From: Octopus bimaculoides
Lineage: Eukaryota
Direction of reading: 5' to 3'
DNA: 64,000 nucleotides
Assembly: GCF_001194135.2 (NCBI RefSeq)
Contig: NC_068986.1
Span: forward strand, 73,725,570 to 73,789,569
The translations under genes were made by a program, and so were the position numbers. Numbering within the stretch: position 1 is the first letter of the stretch; every line of letters begins with the position of its first letter. Under the pieces are notes generated by a model. That model did no database searches and was not told where the DNA came from. It worked only from the letters and a program-made list of their open reading frames with translations. Of the stretch, positions 53,687 to 64,000 are shown piece by piece.

Positions 53687-54110
53687 AGGTGTGGCTGTGT
53701 GGTAAGAAGTTTACTTTCCAACCACATGCTTCTGGGTTCAGTTCCACTGCATGGCACTTTGGGGGAATGTTTTCTACTATAGACCTTGGGCGAACCAAAG
53801 CCTTGTGAGAGAATTTGGCAGATGGAAACTAAAAGAAGCCAGTCATATAAACACACACACACATATATATATTTGTGGTGTGCATGTGTGTGTCTTTGCA
53901 TTTGTGTTTGTCTCCCACTACTGCTTGACAACTGGTGATGATGTCTTTATGTCCTTGTAACTTAGTGTTTTGGCAAAATTGACTGATAGATTAAATATCA
54001 TGCTTAAAAGATAATAATAAGTACCGGGGTCAATTCATTCAACTGAAAGTTCTTCAAGGCAATGCCCCAGCACGATCACAATCTAATGACTAAAATTAGT
54101 AAAAGACAAA
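53687..54110 (+). mobile_element. tRNA-headed SINE, family A
   Basis: Full head, core and tail. Confidence 0.8.
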
Positions 54111-54244
54111 AGCCTCTTTAATGAGACAATTTTGCATTTACCAAAATTCATTCACAAAGTATTGGACAACTGAAGGTTAAGGTCAAAGAAACTTACCTAA
54201 GGTTCTATATGGTAAGACCGAACCCTGAACCATATATGCTTTTC

Positions 54245-54436
54245 TCCTCTAGGCACAAGGCCCAAAAGATTTTTGGGTTTGGGGGCAGTCGATTACACAA
54301 CTGGTACTTAATTTATTAACCCTGAAAGAATGAAAGGCAAAGTCAACCGCGTGGAATTTGAACTTAGAACACAAAGACAGACGAAATATCGATGAGCATT
54401 TCACCTGGCATGCTAACATTTCTGCCAGCTCGCCAC
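54245..54436 (-). mobile_element. Family M SINE
   Basis: ggtacttaattt...gaaagaatgaaaggcaaagtcaacc...tctgccagctcgcc. Confidence 0.8.
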
Positions 54437-56032
54437 GGTAACCCTGAACCATATAACTATTCCTGCACACAAATGACCTTTTTACTTCTCTTGTGTAAAC
54501 TTCATTTCAAAGATTTACATGGTTTCTTTTCACGCCATCATATTCTTGTGTTCTTGATTTCATATATCTCTTCCAATCATAATTTTTGAATACTCTTATA
54601 TTTATACCGAAATATGTGGTTGTTATCATCATATTTGTTGAATTTGACTTGGTTAGGATTTACTTTGATGTGAATCTGTGAAGCATAGAGGTATTGTTTT
54701 GATGTTATGTTGTCTGCAGAATCTTTTAAGGCAACATTCTCATAAGTCAAAAAAAAAATTGTAATAGATTTTGGTTTTAGATAGATACAAATGTCAGGTA
54801 ATATTTATTTCTCAACAATGAATTCTTTATGTGAAAAATTTCATGTTTTTGGTGCTTGTGTGTCTATGTTTTTTCTCAACAATTGTAAACATCTTATAAT
54901 TTCATTTTTTTGATATTGTAAATGCGATGAAAATCATAATTTTGGGGAAATCCAAGTGAATATTGGTTGTTTGTCAATAGAGATTTATGCATTGAATTCT
55001 TATATTAAGGAATGGTATTCAACAATTACTTTCTTTATAATAAATTATGAGTTACATGTTGTCTTTGTATATAAACTAGTAATGCAAATAATTCCTTTCC
55101 CATTTTGGGAATGTATCTGTGTGGCCCTACCATACAGCAAAGATACTAATCCTCAATATTGTTCAACTAGAATATTGAGCCATCTCAGTTCAAAGTATGT
55201 TTTGAGCTAAAAAAGAACCTCTACAGGGTGGCCCAGCCTGCTAGAAATGGCAACCAAATTTCTCTCACACTACCATCCTGTAAAAGAGAAAAGGTCCAAT
55301 AGGTAATGTAGTACTTGACATAACACTTAAAAGACAGGATGATCACATCTGCAATGCCTTTGATCATGCATCTACTTAATCACAGCTGACTTTGAGTTGA
55401 ATTACAGTAACCATACTTGTGTGAATACCATTTACAGAAATATATATATTTTGGATAGGATTTATGAAGTTTGTCTGATATGAATAATTAATGAAGTTTG
55501 TATATTTGGAGTTGAGCATTTTATGTTTCACTTTCACTAATATAGGCTGACTCACCTCTTAAAAGAGGATTTTTGGGGGTGGGGATGGGAGTGATTAATC
55601 CAAAGTTTGAATGATTGAACAACAGACTTTTCAACTATGATCAGCACATCTTGTTCAATATAGAACTAATTATGGTAGTGGTGTCAATTAGACCCAGAGT
55701 TTTCAGGTAATGCTGAATAAGTGCTATAGATAGACTATAGTTAGGCTCCAGGGTTGGTGATTATGTGAATAAGGGGTCCAAATGTAGGTCATATATCAGC
55801 ATGTGTATATAAGGATTTACTTTTCATAATGAGATAAAAATCTAAGGCTGTGAAAGATTTTAGAACATTTATAAATAGAAGGTCTTACAGCTGTTTCCAG
55901 GATATTTATAATATCCCTTCATTGGAGACAGTGTGAGAGGATGGTTAAGCAATAGTTAATTTAGATACGATAGGAAATAGAGAGTGAAGTGGAGGAACAA
56001 AAATAGATGTGAGATATGCAGGGATATTGTAT

Positions 56033-56144
56033 TTGTAAATCCATTGTTTAGGCAGAATGGTATACATATAAGATTCTAATACCTTGTGAGTAAAATCCAA
56101 TAGTCTTATATGTATACCATTCTGCCTAAACAATGGATTTACAA
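56033..56144. repeat. Perfect 41-bp inverted repeat with 30-nt spacer
   Basis: 56033-56073 is the exact reverse complement of 56104-56144. Confidence 0.95.
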
Positions 56145-56223
56145 GTGGTGAAATTCTTGTTGGAGAAGACCTATCCAATCCACACACATAGAAGATATGG
56201 ATGTAAGTGATGTGCTGAGAGAA

Positions 56224-56633
56224 TCTTTTATCTCTTACTTGTTTCAGTCATTAGACTGTGGCCATGCTGGAACACTGCTTATAAAAACTTTTAGTTGAAT
56301 GAATTGATCCCAGTACTTTTTAAAATTATCTTAACCCTGTCGCTTATTCTATTGGTCTCTGTCTCTAAATCACTAAGTCACAAGAATATGAACACTCCAA
56401 CACTGGTTGTCAAGCAGTGGTGGGGGAGAAACACACACTCAAAGACACACACACACACATAGATATATCCAAATATATATAATGGGCTTCTTTCAGTTTC
56501 CATCTACCAAATCCACTCACAAAGTTTTGGTTAGCTTGAGGCTGTAGTAGAAGACACCTGCCCAAGGTGTCATGTTGTGGACTGAACCTGGAACTGTGTG
56601 GTTGGGAAGCAAACTTCTTACCACACAGCCACG
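56224..56633 (-). mobile_element. tRNA-headed SINE, family A
   Basis: Full reverse-complement copy. Confidence 0.85.
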
Positions 56634-56840
56634 TTAGCATTTTGGAAAAAACTACTTTGTGGTATTTAGCAAGGATCTTTACATTCTGAGTTCAGATCCT
56701 GTTGAGGTCAGCCCTGCTTTTCTTCTGTTCAGGGTTGATAAAGTGAAGTACCAGTCAAGTACAAGAATCAGTGGTAGTTGAGTAAACCCCCTCCCCTCAT
56801 ATGTGCCAACATATGAAACCATTATTATTATTATTATTAT

Positions 56841-57366
56841 TGAGTGAGAGAGCAGTGCATGCCATCAAAGTGACACTGGGGTAAAATATACAAAGCCCAA
56901 TATACCCATCATGACTACCAGTCTGTTAAGGGTACACCAGGCACATGCATCACAACCTTATGTGTGCGACATGGTGATCTCATATCAAGATAAACAGTGC
57001 ATGACTTCGCAGGTGGAGCCCAGTTAGAATTTTCTTCAGGTTGAATAGCCCAAAAGGTCCTTGAATAAGGTTTGTTGAGCAAAACACCCATGTTTCCAAA
57101 GGTGAATTATTCAAAGCCCAAAGAATTCCTCTCAACACATGGCTATGATGCTCCCCCACTACTTCTGCTCATGATCAGAGATGCACATATCGTCAGCCAG
57201 CAAGGGACATGCTGAACTGGTTAAGGTCAAACAACTGAAAAGCAAATCTGTGGTATTAAGCAGAATATTTGCTGTAGCCCATCCTTTTATACCAAGACAA
57301 AACAATGTACATGATAACACTTCCAATCAACTAAGATCAGAAGCCATGAGAGCCACTGCATCTGGG

Positions 57367-57368
<2 letters not shown>
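56841..57368 (-). mobile_element. Family B (TAA)n-embedded element, second copy
   Basis: Reverse complement of 17363-17886; (att)n on both sides. Confidence 0.75.
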
Positions 57369-57444
<76 letters not shown>

Positions 57445-57454
57445 CATTTAAGTG

Positions 57455-57880
57455 CAATTCTGCAAGCTGGCAGAATTGCTAGCATGCCAGGCAAAATGCT
57501 TAGTGGCATTTTGTCTGCCTTCACATTCTGGTTCAAATTTTGCTGAGGTTGACTTTACTGTTCCTCCTCCCAGGGTCAATAAAATGAGTACCTGTTGAAC
57601 ACTGGGGTTGCTTTAATCGACTTAGCCCCTCACCCCAAAATACTGGCCTTGTTCCAAAATTTGAAACCATTATTATCTAGGTGGTGATCTTAGTGTATTG
57701 GAGCAAATGCTTAGCAGCATTTCGTCCAGTTCTTTGTGTTTCAGGTTCAAATTCTGCTGATGTTGACTTTGTCTTTCGTCCTTTCATGCTTGATAAAATA
57801 AAGTACCAGTCAAGCTGTGGGTAGGGGTGGTGGTCAATGTAATCAATTGCATACTCCTTATAAGATTGCTGGTCTGGTGG
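57455..57880 (+). mobile_element. Two family M SINE copies
   Basis: gctggcagaattgctagca...ttcaaatt...gttgacttt...gtcaataaaatgagtacc, twice. Confidence 0.75.
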
Positions 57881-58496
57881 TAATAGTGGTATCGGTGCTG
57901 GTGGGGATGATGATGTTGATGATAGTGATGATAATGATGATACACTTCTTTGTCTTACCTAATATTAAAGAAAGAAGAAAAAAATACACTATTTAATGTA
58001 TAAACAAAATTAAAATATGATATCAATATGATATCATATAGAAACATTGGTATATAAATGTCAACAACATCAAAATGTAATATCAATATATTACATAAAA
58101 AATATGAGTAACAAATAAGATATAAGATGAAACAAAAATTTAAATAAGAATAAAATAAAATTGTTTTCTTCTCTGTTCTGTTGGTCATGTGACACATTGT
58201 CTGTTCTTTCTATTTGATCATGTGATACAATATGTCATCTGCTCTTTATATTATCTATTACTCTCTGTAACTCCAGATATCTCCCACACTCTCTCACAGT
58301 CTGTTTCTCTCTATTATCATCTTCCTCTTTGTTCTTTTCTTTTTCCCAGTCTCTGAATGTAACATACATACATACATACATACACACTCTCTCACACACA
58401 TACTGTGCACTTACATAGACCAAGCACTCTCAGACACATTCACAGTTACAAACACTCAAGCATAAACATGTGCTCCCCCACGCACCACCACCCACA

Positions 58497-58589
<93 letters not shown>

Positions 58590-58680
58590 TAAAGTATATG
58601 ATGTCTGTTTTGATCTCTATATGGTGTTAAGTGTTACGGAGCAGGAACATAATCTCTGGTTGAAATAAGTCTGGCAAACT

Positions 58681-58785
58681 TTATTTTTAGCTGAGTCTGT
58701 GAGTCGATCTTTATTCTTAGTTGAATCTGTGATTCAATCTTTGTACTCAGTTGTATCTCTGAGTCTATATTCTTAGTTGAAATCA
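58681..58785. repeat. Degenerate 30-bp tandem repeat, ~3.5 units
   Basis: ttattcttagttgaatctgtgattcaatct-like units. Confidence 0.7.
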
Positions 58786-59066
58786 CTTTGGTCATTGGTT
58801 ATTTCATCCCAATAATGTTCTTGAGAAAATCCGAATTTATTTCACAATGTCTCTCTGTAGCATTAAGTATCTTTGTCCCAAAGTAAGAAATGTATATAGT
58901 TCTGTGTAAAATATATATTATATACACATATATACGTGCATGTGTGTGCTTATTTCTATTTATGTGTGTATATGCGTAATATATAGATACACACATATAT
59001 ATATTACACATTCACACACACATAAATAGAAATAAGCATACATCTATCTATCTATCTATCTATCTA

Positions 59067-59120
<54 letters not shown>

Positions 59121-59824
59121 CTTGGGGGCATTTATTGCGTTTGTTTTTTCTATATGTATGTGTGTATGTACATGTATATCTGTATGTGTGTCTAGATGTT
59201 TTTTTTTTCTTAAAATTCTTTGTATAAATGAAACGGGCCAATATGTTGAAGCCCAGCCACATGGCATTTGGAGTTGCCCAAAATAAAAACAAACATCAAG
59301 TACATCATCGTCGTCATCATCATCATCATCATTATCATCATCATCATCATTGGTAGTACCAATTCTTTATTGCATGTTGTACACTTGCTTCACCTTCCTG
59401 ATATTCACTAAGAACTCAGTAACAAAAGCAGACAACTCGTGACTGATTAGAATGCTTAGAAAAGAAAGGGGAAAAAAACAAAAACAAAAACAGAGATAAA
59501 GAATTCAAACAATGAAAGTCAACAAAAAAAAACCTCCAAAATACTTTATGTAGTATGGAATCGACACTAATACGTCTATTTGACCTTAAAATATATGGTA
59601 CATACATTTCCTGATTCTGGTTCATTCCTTATTTTAGTTCCATGTTGCATTCTACTGTGTTTTATGTTTATCACTATACTGTCATTAAGATCATTTGGTA
59701 TACATACACCATACACTCCACTCCATCTCCTCCTCGTCCATCTTCTCTCTGTGTCTTTATTAGCTGTTTTGGTCCCACATCTCCACAGCTGGTGGTACTG
59801 TGCAAGAATTTGGTTTAACCATTC

Positions 59825-59902
59825 TTATTTCTTACTTACTTACTTACTTACTTACTACTACTGCTACTACTACTACTACTACTCCTACTACTACTGCTGC
59901 TG

Positions 59903-59950
<48 letters not shown>

Positions 59951-60065
59951 TTGTTGCTGCTACTACTACTACTGCTACAGTTGCTGCTGCTGATACTACT
60001 ACTACTACTACTACTATTGCTGCTGCTACTACTACTACTGCTACTGATACTGCTGTTGCTGCTAC
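59825..60065. repeat. Compound (TAC)n/(TGC)n trinucleotide repeat
   Basis: Direct inspection. Confidence 0.95.
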
Positions 60066-60085
60066 TTATGTGCCATTGTTATTAA

Positions 60086-60360
60086 AGAGGTGAGCTGGCA
60101 GAATTGTTAGCCTGCCAGGCAAAATGCTTAGCAGCATTTTGTCTGTGGCCAATCAATGCCAGTGCTGCTTGACTGGCTCCCGTGTCGGTGGCACGTAAAA
60201 AGCACCCACTACACTCTCGGAGTGGTTGGCATTAGGAAGGGCGTCTAGCTGTAGAAACATCACCAGATCATATTGGAGCCTGGTGCAGCCTTCTGGCTTG
60301 CCAGTTCCCCAGTCAAACCCATGCCAGCATGGAAAACGGACGTTAAACGATGATGATGAT
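60086..60360 (+). mobile_element. Family M SINE head fused to a family X retroposon
   Basis: ggtgagctggcagaattgttagc...aaaatgcttagc, then gactggctcccgtgtcggtggcacgtaaaaagcacc...(gat)n. Confidence 0.7.
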
Positions 60361-60889
60361 GGTGATGAAAGAGACCTAACTGTTTCTTGCAATGCATACA
60401 TCTTGCAGTACATACATCTAAAAGAAAATTCTGTTCAGAGGCCCTTAAAATACTATTGTGGATCCCCAATTTACTGTTTTGTTACAAGTACCACCACCCC
60501 CAAAATCTTATATGGACCTTCAAAGGCCATATGGACCCCCATTTGAGAACCTATACTCTAGAGCTACGCAATAGGGTTCATGTAAATCTAAAGTCAATCA
60601 TATAACTATGGCTATGAGCTAACAATATGCTAACAACATAAACACATAGATTCTTCTACAACATTTAACATTTACAATAATTGATAAAAAATAAAAATTA
60701 CATTTTTAGACCTGATCAACTGTTTCTTTTTCTTTCATTTATCAATTGTATTCTTTAATCCTGTAGCTGATATGAGCTTTACTGCATTTCTAACTACACA
60801 AATAGAGCATTAAGAAGATTTCTTTTAAAAAAATGGACAGATGCATGGGTAGATACAATTATTTTTATAGTTTCTTTGATATACGAACG

Positions 60890-60973
<84 letters not shown>

Positions 60974-61327
60974 ATATATATATCTTCTTATAAATGTTCA
61001 AATATGTATGTTTTCAGATATGTTTATGTGTTTATCTCAGATAAACATATATTTGTTTCTTTTGATTGGGTTACAACTGTCTTATATATCTTGGGTGGTG
61101 GGTGAGTAGAGAGGAGTAATGGGAGGTTGTGATAGTCATGCTTCACCCGGTAACATTAATATTATAAAGAAAAAAAAATGAAGTGTCATTGCTGACTCTT
61201 TAAATTGTTGAAGCCTAATCTTCTTTCTGAGGTTCATTAGATATTCACACACACACATACACACACACAAACGCACACACAGACACTTACACTCACACAC
61301 AGACTTAAACTCACATATACACACAGA

Positions 61328-61416
<89 letters not shown>

Positions 61417-61617
61417 ATTCATACTCACACACACAGATTCTCTCTCACACACACATAGACTCACATACATACATCACACACAGACACTTTCTCACACACA
61501 CACACACACACACACATACACAGACTCACAAACATGCACCCACCCACACACACACTTACACAAACTAACACACAGACTCACCCCCCCCACACACACACTT
61601 CTCTCTTATGGTGTACT

Positions 61618-61914
61618 CAGGTGGTTCCCAAACTTTTCAGTGTCGCCGTTTCCCCCACCCCACACTTAGGCCACATTCTTAGTGTTCCCTACCTCACTCA
61701 CCACCACAAACATAGGCCACTTTCTGCAGCAATTTCAAGGCAACTGCATTTCACAAATAAAATTCAACCTAATTAACCCATTATTTTGTTGTTTTCACAT
61801 CCAGTACCCCCTTTTGGCCACCCCATTATCTCCCCACTTTTCTTTAACAAGCCCCTGTATCTTTCCACCCCCCACCCCAGGTGGGAAGTTCCACCCTCTT
61901 TTCAGAATCTAGTG
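61618..61914. mobile_element. hAT (Charlie-like) MITE, degraded
   Basis: caggtggttcccaaactttt start; degraded tttcagaatctagtg end. Confidence 0.4.
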
Positions 61915-62003
61915 TTTAATCCATTGCAACTCAGAGTTTCTTTTATGTTCTTTTTTAATGGTCTTAGTTGTTGTTGGACCGCAGCTATGATAGGGCACTA
62001 CCT

Positions 62004-62698
62004 TCAGTAAAGTAAAGACTCCTTTCAATCATGAATGACCATGGGATTGCACTGAGAAAGTCCCCCTCCTGAGCAGACAAGTTTGAATGAGTGAGACCAG
62101 CAGTTGCCCATGCATACCGGTCTCCCCTCTCCATGCCACTGATGTTATCCAAGGGAAAAGCAAAGACCAATACAGCTTGGCATTAGTGATGTCGTAACTC
62201 ATTTCTATAGCTGAGTGAATTGGTGCAATGTGTATAATAAAGTGTCTTGCTCAAGAGCATAACACATAACACAGTCTGAGAATTGAACTCAGTACCTCAT
62301 AGTTGTGAGCATAACCCTCCAACCACTGGGCCATGTGCCTTCACAGTTAAAGGGTTAAAGTGAGTGACAATTCAATGGGCCACCTATAGAGTCAAACCAA
62401 GAATCGAGAAAGTCTCCCTCCTGAGCGTACAAGTTTGTTTGAGTGAGACCAGCAGTCGCCCATGCATACCAGTTTCCCTTCTCCATGCCACTGATGTTTT
62501 TTTTTCCAAGGTAAAAGCAAAGACCGACACAGCTTGGCATCAGTGATGCTGCAACTGATTTGTACAGCTGAACGAACTGGAGCAATGTGAAATAAAGTGT
62601 CTTGCTCAAGAACACAACACACATGCTGGTCTGTGAATTGAACTCACAACCTCATGATTGTAAGCCTGAAACTCTAGCTACTGAGCAATGCCCCTTCA
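62004..62698 (-). mobile_element. Two tandem family C SINEs (62004-62343 and 62408-62698) separated by flank copied from 10812-10855
   Basis: Same modules as 10229-10570; the intervening agtgagtgacaattca.tgggcc.cct.tagagtcaaaccaagaa matches 10812-10856. Confidence 0.85.
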
Positions 62699-62725
62699 CA
62701 GTACTACCTTTACAGGTTCAATTAA

Positions 62726-62945
62726 CCCTTTAAACATTTAAACCGGCCATATCCAGCCCTAATATTCTGCATATCTTATGTTCAAACTGGCCAGATCTGG
62801 CTTCTCACATCTACCCTGCAAGGTTATTTTAAAAATAGACAATCACACCATCAAAATCTCATAGCTATGAGATAATGCATGATCAATTAAAAACAATGTG
62901 AATAAATAAGCATTACAATTACAGAATAATTTGAATGCTAAAGGG
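62726..62945. mobile_element. piggyBac-type MITE (family 2)
   Basis: TTAA|ccctttaaacattt ... aatgctaaaggg|TTAA (62722-62725 and 62946-62949). Confidence 0.8.
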
Positions 62946-63109
62946 TTAATGATAGTGATTGCTAGATATTTTAGCAATCTCTATTTGTTGAATTGTTAAG
63001 TTACAGAATGCAGCATTGATGGCAACAGTTTTTTTAGAGATGTGTACATATACTGATATGTACAGGATTCTACACAGTTTCCAACCACTATATTACACTA
63101 AAGGTGTTA

Positions 63110-63425
63110 ATGTGGCTTCCCTTGTGCTGAAGATGATTCACCTGCCAGACCCCTGTGCTAGTGCAATGTAAAAAGCACTAGAGCTGGCATCAGGTAATGG
63201 CACATGGTGGTGCTATGTAAAAACACTTGTGTTAGGTGCCAAGTAAGAAGCACCCAACATGCTCTGCAAAAGTGATTGGCATTAGGAAGGACATTCAAAC
63301 ATAAAAACCAAGTCAATTCAAACTGGAACCTGGTTCAGCTCACCAGCTTGCCAGCTCTGTTCAAAGCCTGCAACCCATGGCAGCATGGAAAATGGACATT
63401 AAATGATGGTGATGGTGATGATAAT
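63110..63425 (+). mobile_element. Family X retroposon with three 5' gtaaaaagcac modules
   Basis: Repeated gtaaaaagcac/gtaagaagcac, ggcattaggaagg, catggaaaatggacattaaatgat. Confidence 0.7.
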
Positions 63426-63635
63426 GATACACACACACACACACACACACATGCTGCAGCACTGTGAATGAGTGATGATTGAAGAAATTTCAGCTTCTAA
63501 CAAATACATATAAACTTTTATGTATTGAGCTTTTTTCCCTCATTTGCAAGCACAAACGTTCACTTCACCAGTATATGTGAGCATATGCATGTAATATTCA
63601 TATATTATCTAATATCTAATACGTATATATATGTA

Positions 63636-63676
<41 letters not shown>

Positions 63677-63730
63677 TCATCATCATCATCATCGTTTAAT
63701 GTCCGCTTTCCATGCTAGCATGGGTTGGAC

Positions 63731-63943
63731 NNNNNNNNNNNNNNNNNNNNNNNNNNNNNNNNNNNNNNNNNNNNNNNNNNNNNNNNNNNNNNNNNNNNNN
63801 NNNNNNNNNNNNNNNNNNNNNNNNNNNNNNNNNNNNNNNNNNNNNNNNNNNNNNNNNNNNNNNNNNNNNNNNNNNNNNNNNNNNNNNNNNNNNNNNNNNN
63901 NNNNNNNNNNNNNNNNNNNNNNNNNNNNNNNNNNNNNNNNNNN
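63731..63943. other. Assembly gap (others at 8493-8502, 32099-32108, 34362-34371, 37230-37239, 39246-39349)
   Basis: Runs of N. Confidence 1.
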
Positions 63944-63974
<31 letters not shown>

Positions 63975-64000
63975 TTATATATCTTTCACTGTGTGTATGT

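Noticed and set aside
54956-55210. 84-aa ORF with plausible splice sites
   Set aside because: ORFs of this length are expected by chance in 64 kb, and I recognise no homology.
59800-60093. Mucin-like poly-Thr/Ala ORF
   Set aside because: It is a compound TAC/TGC microsatellite running into a SINE head, with no signal peptide or splice support.
329-63467. Most ORFs in the supplied track (HT, YI, VC, LS, poly-D/I/Y peptides)
   Set aside because: They are read-through of di- and trinucleotide microsatellites or of SINE bodies that lack stops in one frame.
1-64000. Hammerhead ribozyme cores
   Set aside because: Several ctgatga occurrences were checked by eye, and none had a properly placed stem II and gaaa core. 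An Infernal search would be needed to exclude them fully.

Overview
AT-rich eukaryotic DNA saturated with microsatellites. The SINE/LINE/MITE repertoire matches what I recognise from Octopus (inference, not a database match). The window looks like intronic or intergenic sequence. I recognise no host protein-coding gene, rRNA, functional tRNA or CRISPR array, and almost all ORFs in the supplied track are microsatellite read-throughs. Well supported features: at least four tRNA-headed SINE families; an RTE-related (GAT)n-tailed retroposon; R4/Dong-type LINE fragments sitting in (TAA)n; an RTE reverse-transcriptase fragment; a mariner-like transposase relic; and TTAA (piggyBac-type), TA (Tc1-type) and hAT-type MITEs. 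Two MITE insertions can be excised by hand to restore a LINE reading frame. The most unusual signal is a graded series of fold-back inversions, with arms of 11, 36, 41, ~70, ~125, ~165 and ~500 bp. A second is a SINE-plus-flank segment at ~10.2-10.9 kb that reappears, MITE-free and apparently chimeric, at ~62.0-62.4 kb. A few minus-strand exon candidates are listed at low confidence. Boundaries of degraded repeats are approximate.
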